Origin: Penicillus capitatus
Lineage: Eukaryota > Plantae > Chlorophyta
Reading direction: 5' to 3'
Assembly: GCA_965649825.1 (NCBI GenBank)
Contig: OZ287694.1
Coordinates: forward strand, 1,115,197 to 1,179,196
DNA: 64,000 bases
In this document: one piece after another, positions 59,978-64,000 of the stretch
Layout: every line of letters starts with the position of its first letter
Position numbering within the stretch: the stretch's first letter is position 1
Translations under genes and position numbers: made by a program
Notes under the pieces: model-generated
The model's input: the letters and a program-made list of their open reading frames with translations, nothing else
Databases searched by the model: none
Told to the model about the DNA's origin: nothing

Positions 59978-60039
59978 CTCGACAACGCGCGCGACGCTCA
60001 AAAATCGCTCATTCCCAATTCGATCTGTTCACATTATAA

Positions 60040-61054
60040 ATGTCCGCGGAATGGTTTCCCTCCAGGGCCGTCGTCGACTGGCTCGTCGGGCCGACCTACG
60101 AAGGCACGTTCCCCATCCATCATATCCATAGACTGCTGCCTTATGTCGCATCTGCAGATCCCAGGACGGAAGACTGGCCTCTGATGGATATGCGCTACCC
60201 CCTTGCCATCACTGTGGCTTATCTCGTGAGCATCGCTCTGGGCAATCTTCTGATGCGTCGCCGGAAGGCTTTTCGACTCAAATACCTCACAACCATTCAC
60301 AATGCAGTCCTGTTCAGTCTCAGTCTCTACATGTGCCTGGAGACTCTTCAACAGGTACCCGTTTCTGATGTGACGTGGAAGTCGATGAGAAGCTGTTTCT
60401 GGTGTCTAGTCTGCTGTGGAGTTTGAGTGGAGCCGTTCATTCAACTTTGCCTGTCCCGTCATTAAACCTGGACCATTTTCCCCTGCCGCACAGCGTTTAG
60501 CAAATGTACTGTGGATACATTACATCTCCAAGGCTTACGAATTTGTGGACACCTTGATCATGGTGTTCAAGAAGAAGACACAGCAGATCACTTTTCTCCA
60601 TGTCTACCACCACGCCACAACTTTCTTCCCTGTCTGGTGGTCCGTCGTCAAATATGGTCCAGGCGGCGCAGCCTACTTCTGCTGTGCCCTCAACTCGTTC
60701 ATACACGTCGGAATGTATGCCGTATGCCCTTATCTTCGTGTACACGACGCCTATCTTGTGGCAGGTATGGCTACTATCTGTTGGCAGGACTGGGATACAA
60801 AGCGATCGCAATAAAACCATTCATTACATACAGTCAGATGATTCAGTTTCTGTGCTTCATCACACAAGTGAGAGATGGTGTCTGATCATGGACGTCACAT
60901 CGGTATGCTCTAGGCTTCATACATGCTCCTGACTGATTGCTATCGTCCACGTCTGACCGTCGTCTTCCTGCTCTTTCAGTGTATCGTCTTTTTTGTGCTG
61001 TTCTCAAATTTTGCTTACCGAACATACTGGCATCCCAAGCCCAAAACGCCATAG
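60040..61054 (+). CDS. ELO-family fatty-acid elongase (PUFA elongase-like)
   Basis: SKAYEFVDTLIMV.KKK..QITFLHVYHH, ALNSFIHV.MY.YY, ITYSQMIQF; several TM segments; Lys-containing C-terminus. Confidence 0.93.
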
Positions 61055-61536
61055 AACTGAAAACGTGAGAAGATACGTTTGTCAAGAGATGACACGGCAT
61101 GTCGCGTGTGGGAAAGTGTGTGTATGTGTGGACAGATCGTTTATTGATTGATTACAAAGAGGTCCGTTTTGACGACAGAGTCATATGTCAAGCGCAGACG
61201 ATACGCATCTAGACGCCGTGTGACATATTCTCTCTCATTTCTATCTCCCAGTCGATATACGATAGGGGGCGTTCGTTATTTGACTACCATACATAAGTGT
61301 CGATTTTTTTTACATTTTAGAGGAGCCTCGCTTCATCTCGGTCACGATGACGATAACAAAACAACGAACATTCCACGACATACGCATATCCCAAAATTTC
61401 TGCCGAGAGGGCGAATAAGAGCAAAGACGATCCTCTTTCGACGATGGGCGGAGACTAACGTCATTTGTTCGGCTAGAAAGGAGTGAGCAACGATGCGACA
61501 CGCAACAGGCCGAGACAGTCCATAACCCAATGCCCT

Positions 61537-61926
61537 TCAGAGATGTACCATCATCATGCCTTTGTCCGCAGCACGGCATCGGGACAGCTTCTCCGTCACA
61601 GCGGGAGATTGTTTGTATGGCGCGTTGAAGCTCAGACTGCGCTCCCAAACTTTCCCCGATTCAAGGCGCTTCAGTCGACTGGCTTGCGTCCTTCGTTTTT
61701 TGTGCGAATTTCGAAATCTTTTCGAACAGGACTGAGTGAAATCGCCCTTCTCGATGGCCAACAGACAATCCACGCACACTTGATGGCTTCCCATGTGCAC
61801 CCATTCTTCCTTTTCTTCGGTACTTAGTTTAAAGTAGACTTTGGATGACCTCTTGCCACATCCGGCGCAGCGAGCGACGCGGCAAAGACGCCAAGGGAGG
61901 AATTTAAGACAGAATGGAAATGCCAT
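61537..61926 (-). CDS. Hypothetical basic protein with CxxC...CxxC
   Basis: CAGC...CVDC pair; otherwise unrecognised and possibly spliced. Confidence 0.3.
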   Translation of the reverse strand: MAFPFCLKFLPWRLCRVARCAGCGKRSSKVYFKLSTEEKEEWVHMGSHQVCVDCLLAIEKGDFTQSCSKRFRNSHKKRRTQASRLKRLESGKVWERSLSFNAPYKQSPAVTEKLSRCRAADKGMMMVHL

Positions 61927-62663
61927 GCGTCGGACTCGAAACGCTACACGACACAATAAAGCTAAACTGCGTCGTGGTACCCCGCCAGTTTTTCACAGGA
62001 GAGGTTAGCAATCAAGCGGAGCCGTACGGTGAACCGCGACCCGAATGCGCGAAACGGCTCGCCGTTGTTTTCTTAAGTACTAACCGGAAGGCGAAGCAGG
62101 GGTGAGAGAGATATTCACTTCAAATCGACTACCGTTGTGTCTAAAAAAATGCAGTCAATGGCACACATGGTGCTGCATCGGTGACTGGGCTGTTTAAGAA
62201 TGGACGCCTGGCTTCGAGGCAACGTCGATGGGCGAATCGCAACCGTCGTTCGAGGAACGACCGATTCAGCAACGAAAAGCGCTCTGTAGCATGTCGTTCG
62301 GCGACACCGCACATTGGCGGAAATGCAGAACTACCGTTATGGTCGCTACGGTGTGCATGGGGTGGATAGAATTCATGCTCCTTTCAATTGTCATGCAACG
62401 GTATTGGCTTGCAGGCAGCGACTCTCCGATATAGTTCTTGTGTTTTTCTGTCTGCGACGCGTTCAGACGAGAGAACCGTTGTGCGAAGCCGCTGGCGTCA
62501 CTCAGCGCTGGTCTATTTGCTGTCCGTGCAGAAGTGCCACGCGTCCTGAATACCGTCGCGAGTCACGTCACATCGAAATCGAAAAGATCAGCGTTTCTAA
62601 GTTTGCGCAAAGAGAAATGAGACACACTGTTCCGATGACCGATAGGAAACTATGCCGCACTCG

Positions 62664-64000
62664 CTAGAGCGTCAGAGAAACCGGAATCTTTAGGATTCTG
62701 TGAAAGCAGCGTAAATCGATGGTTCCATCTGTTAGCTGCGCTTCCCATCTCTCTTTTCCTCGCATTCTCTCCATTTGACGTGGACTCTTCTCGTCGTTAT
62801 AGCCGCCGACTGCATAGAGATCGTCCCTAAGGAAGAGAAGAGCCCCTTCGTTTCGAGCGTAGTTCATGTCAGGGCCGTTTCTCCATTTCTGCGCTCTGAA
62901 ATCGAAAATCTCGACGATTGGTAGTTCGACGTTCTGCGCCGAGCAGCCGCCGACAATGAAGAGCGCATCTCCATCGGATGCTCCAGAGAGGCAGCGTCGT
63001 GATGTGGGTAGGGACCCAATCGTTGTCCACGATCCCTGTGTCATACATACAGCTGACCCACACATCAGTAATGGCATCCACGCACCTGTCGAGGATCGTA
63101 CTGCTCGACCGTGTCCACGTTTCCCCTGCCTTGCCCACAAAGGCCTCCGAAGATGTAAAGGGCATTTCTACTGCTGTCCGATGTCACACCATGATAGTAC
63201 CTTCAGCCTACAAAGTGAACCAGAGACACTCCATCTGTCCATCATTACCTGAGATCTGTCGAAGATCTGAATTCTTGCCACGTATCTCGCTCGGGGTGAT
63301 AGATCTCGGACGTGGGATTGGCTCGATGCATCTCTCCAATCACATAGAGCTTTCCGTTGAGACTTGCAGCTGGAACGCCTGTTCGACAACCAGACATAGG
63401 CGACAGACTCTCCCATCTCTCTGGAAGCATCGATCCTTTGACGTGCAGGAATGGCAGATGGTTACTTACTCGTCTGGAAACTGTAGCATCGGACGATATC
63501 GGTCGCCGTTGTCCGTTCCATGCCTCCAAACAAGTAGAGTTTCTGATCGAACAATGCCGAGGCGCCCCACACAAATGGCCCCTCTAAAACAGCAACAACG
63601 ATGTGACGGGGTGACGGGTTTTATGAAAGTGACAAACCATTTCGAAAGTCGACGATCTTCTGCCACGTCCTTCTCTCAGCATCGAAGACATCTACCTGGG
63701 ATAGAAGCGAAGCCAGTTCACACGAGAGCTCTTTGAGAGTGATCGAAAGAAACGCACTGTCGGAGAGCTTTTCTGTTGTCGGAGACCTCCCACGATGGCC
63801 ATCTGTTCGGCAACGGCATGAACGGGAGCCATTGCCGGCGCAGCAGACATTCCTGACACGGATGGCATAACTGGCCGCTGCGGAAGGGTGTTGTACGGAA
63901 CGGCCAGAGGGATGCTTGCGTTGACCTGTGTCGCAGAAAGGACCGGACTCCAAATGTGAGGATGTCCATAGGCATAGGGCAGCACCGCTGGAGGTACTGG
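62664..64000 (-). CDS. Kelch-repeat protein, 5' part beyond the window
   Basis: AIVGG, LNGKLYVIG, ALFIVGG..., W..GPDMN.AR, LYAVGG repeats across several exons. Confidence 0.85.

Overview
Gene-dense eukaryotic nuclear DNA from a green alga. It uses the standard code (TAA/TAG are stops), has ~45-70 nt GT-AG introns and chlorophyte-type TGTAA poly(A) signals, and encodes both plastid- and cilium-related genes. A siphonous ulvophyte (Bryopsidales-like) is my inference, not a verified assignment. Recognisable genes in order: Nudix-20-like hydrolase, DCD-kelch protein, multi-domain chromatin reader (Bromo-RFTS-DDT-WHIM-Tudor-like-ARID-Tudor), membrane-anchored TPR protein, TKL kinase, RNA Pol III largest subunit, ~2000-aa Pmp-repeat multipass receptor-like protein, Cys-less complex I ferredoxin, PKD2 channel, TL29/APX4, secreted Ala/Ser-rich protein, NFS1, RPL31, plastid L28, telobox Myb protein, DDRGK1, DUF6464-like protein, coiled-coil protein, neurochondrin, SmD2, fatty-acid elongase and a second kelch protein. 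The most unusual feature is an unclassified ~3.2-kb cassette present twice in inverted, tail-to-tail orientation (1-1754, cut by the window edge, and ~44520-47750). It has a tandem enhancer-like array with CCAAT and TATA boxes, one intronless orphan ORF whose internal repeats differ mostly at synonymous sites and which ends in Arg/Ser-rich repeats, and a long 3' region with three hairpins that share an 18-nt apex but have different, still complementary, stems. I found no difference between the copies up to the end of the last hairpin, then ~3-6% divergence. A second theme is extreme compaction: co-oriented gene pairs 14-72 nt apart (candidate polycistronic mRNAs) and divergent pairs 30-70 nt apart. 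Exon boundaries were inferred by eye and all counts are manual.
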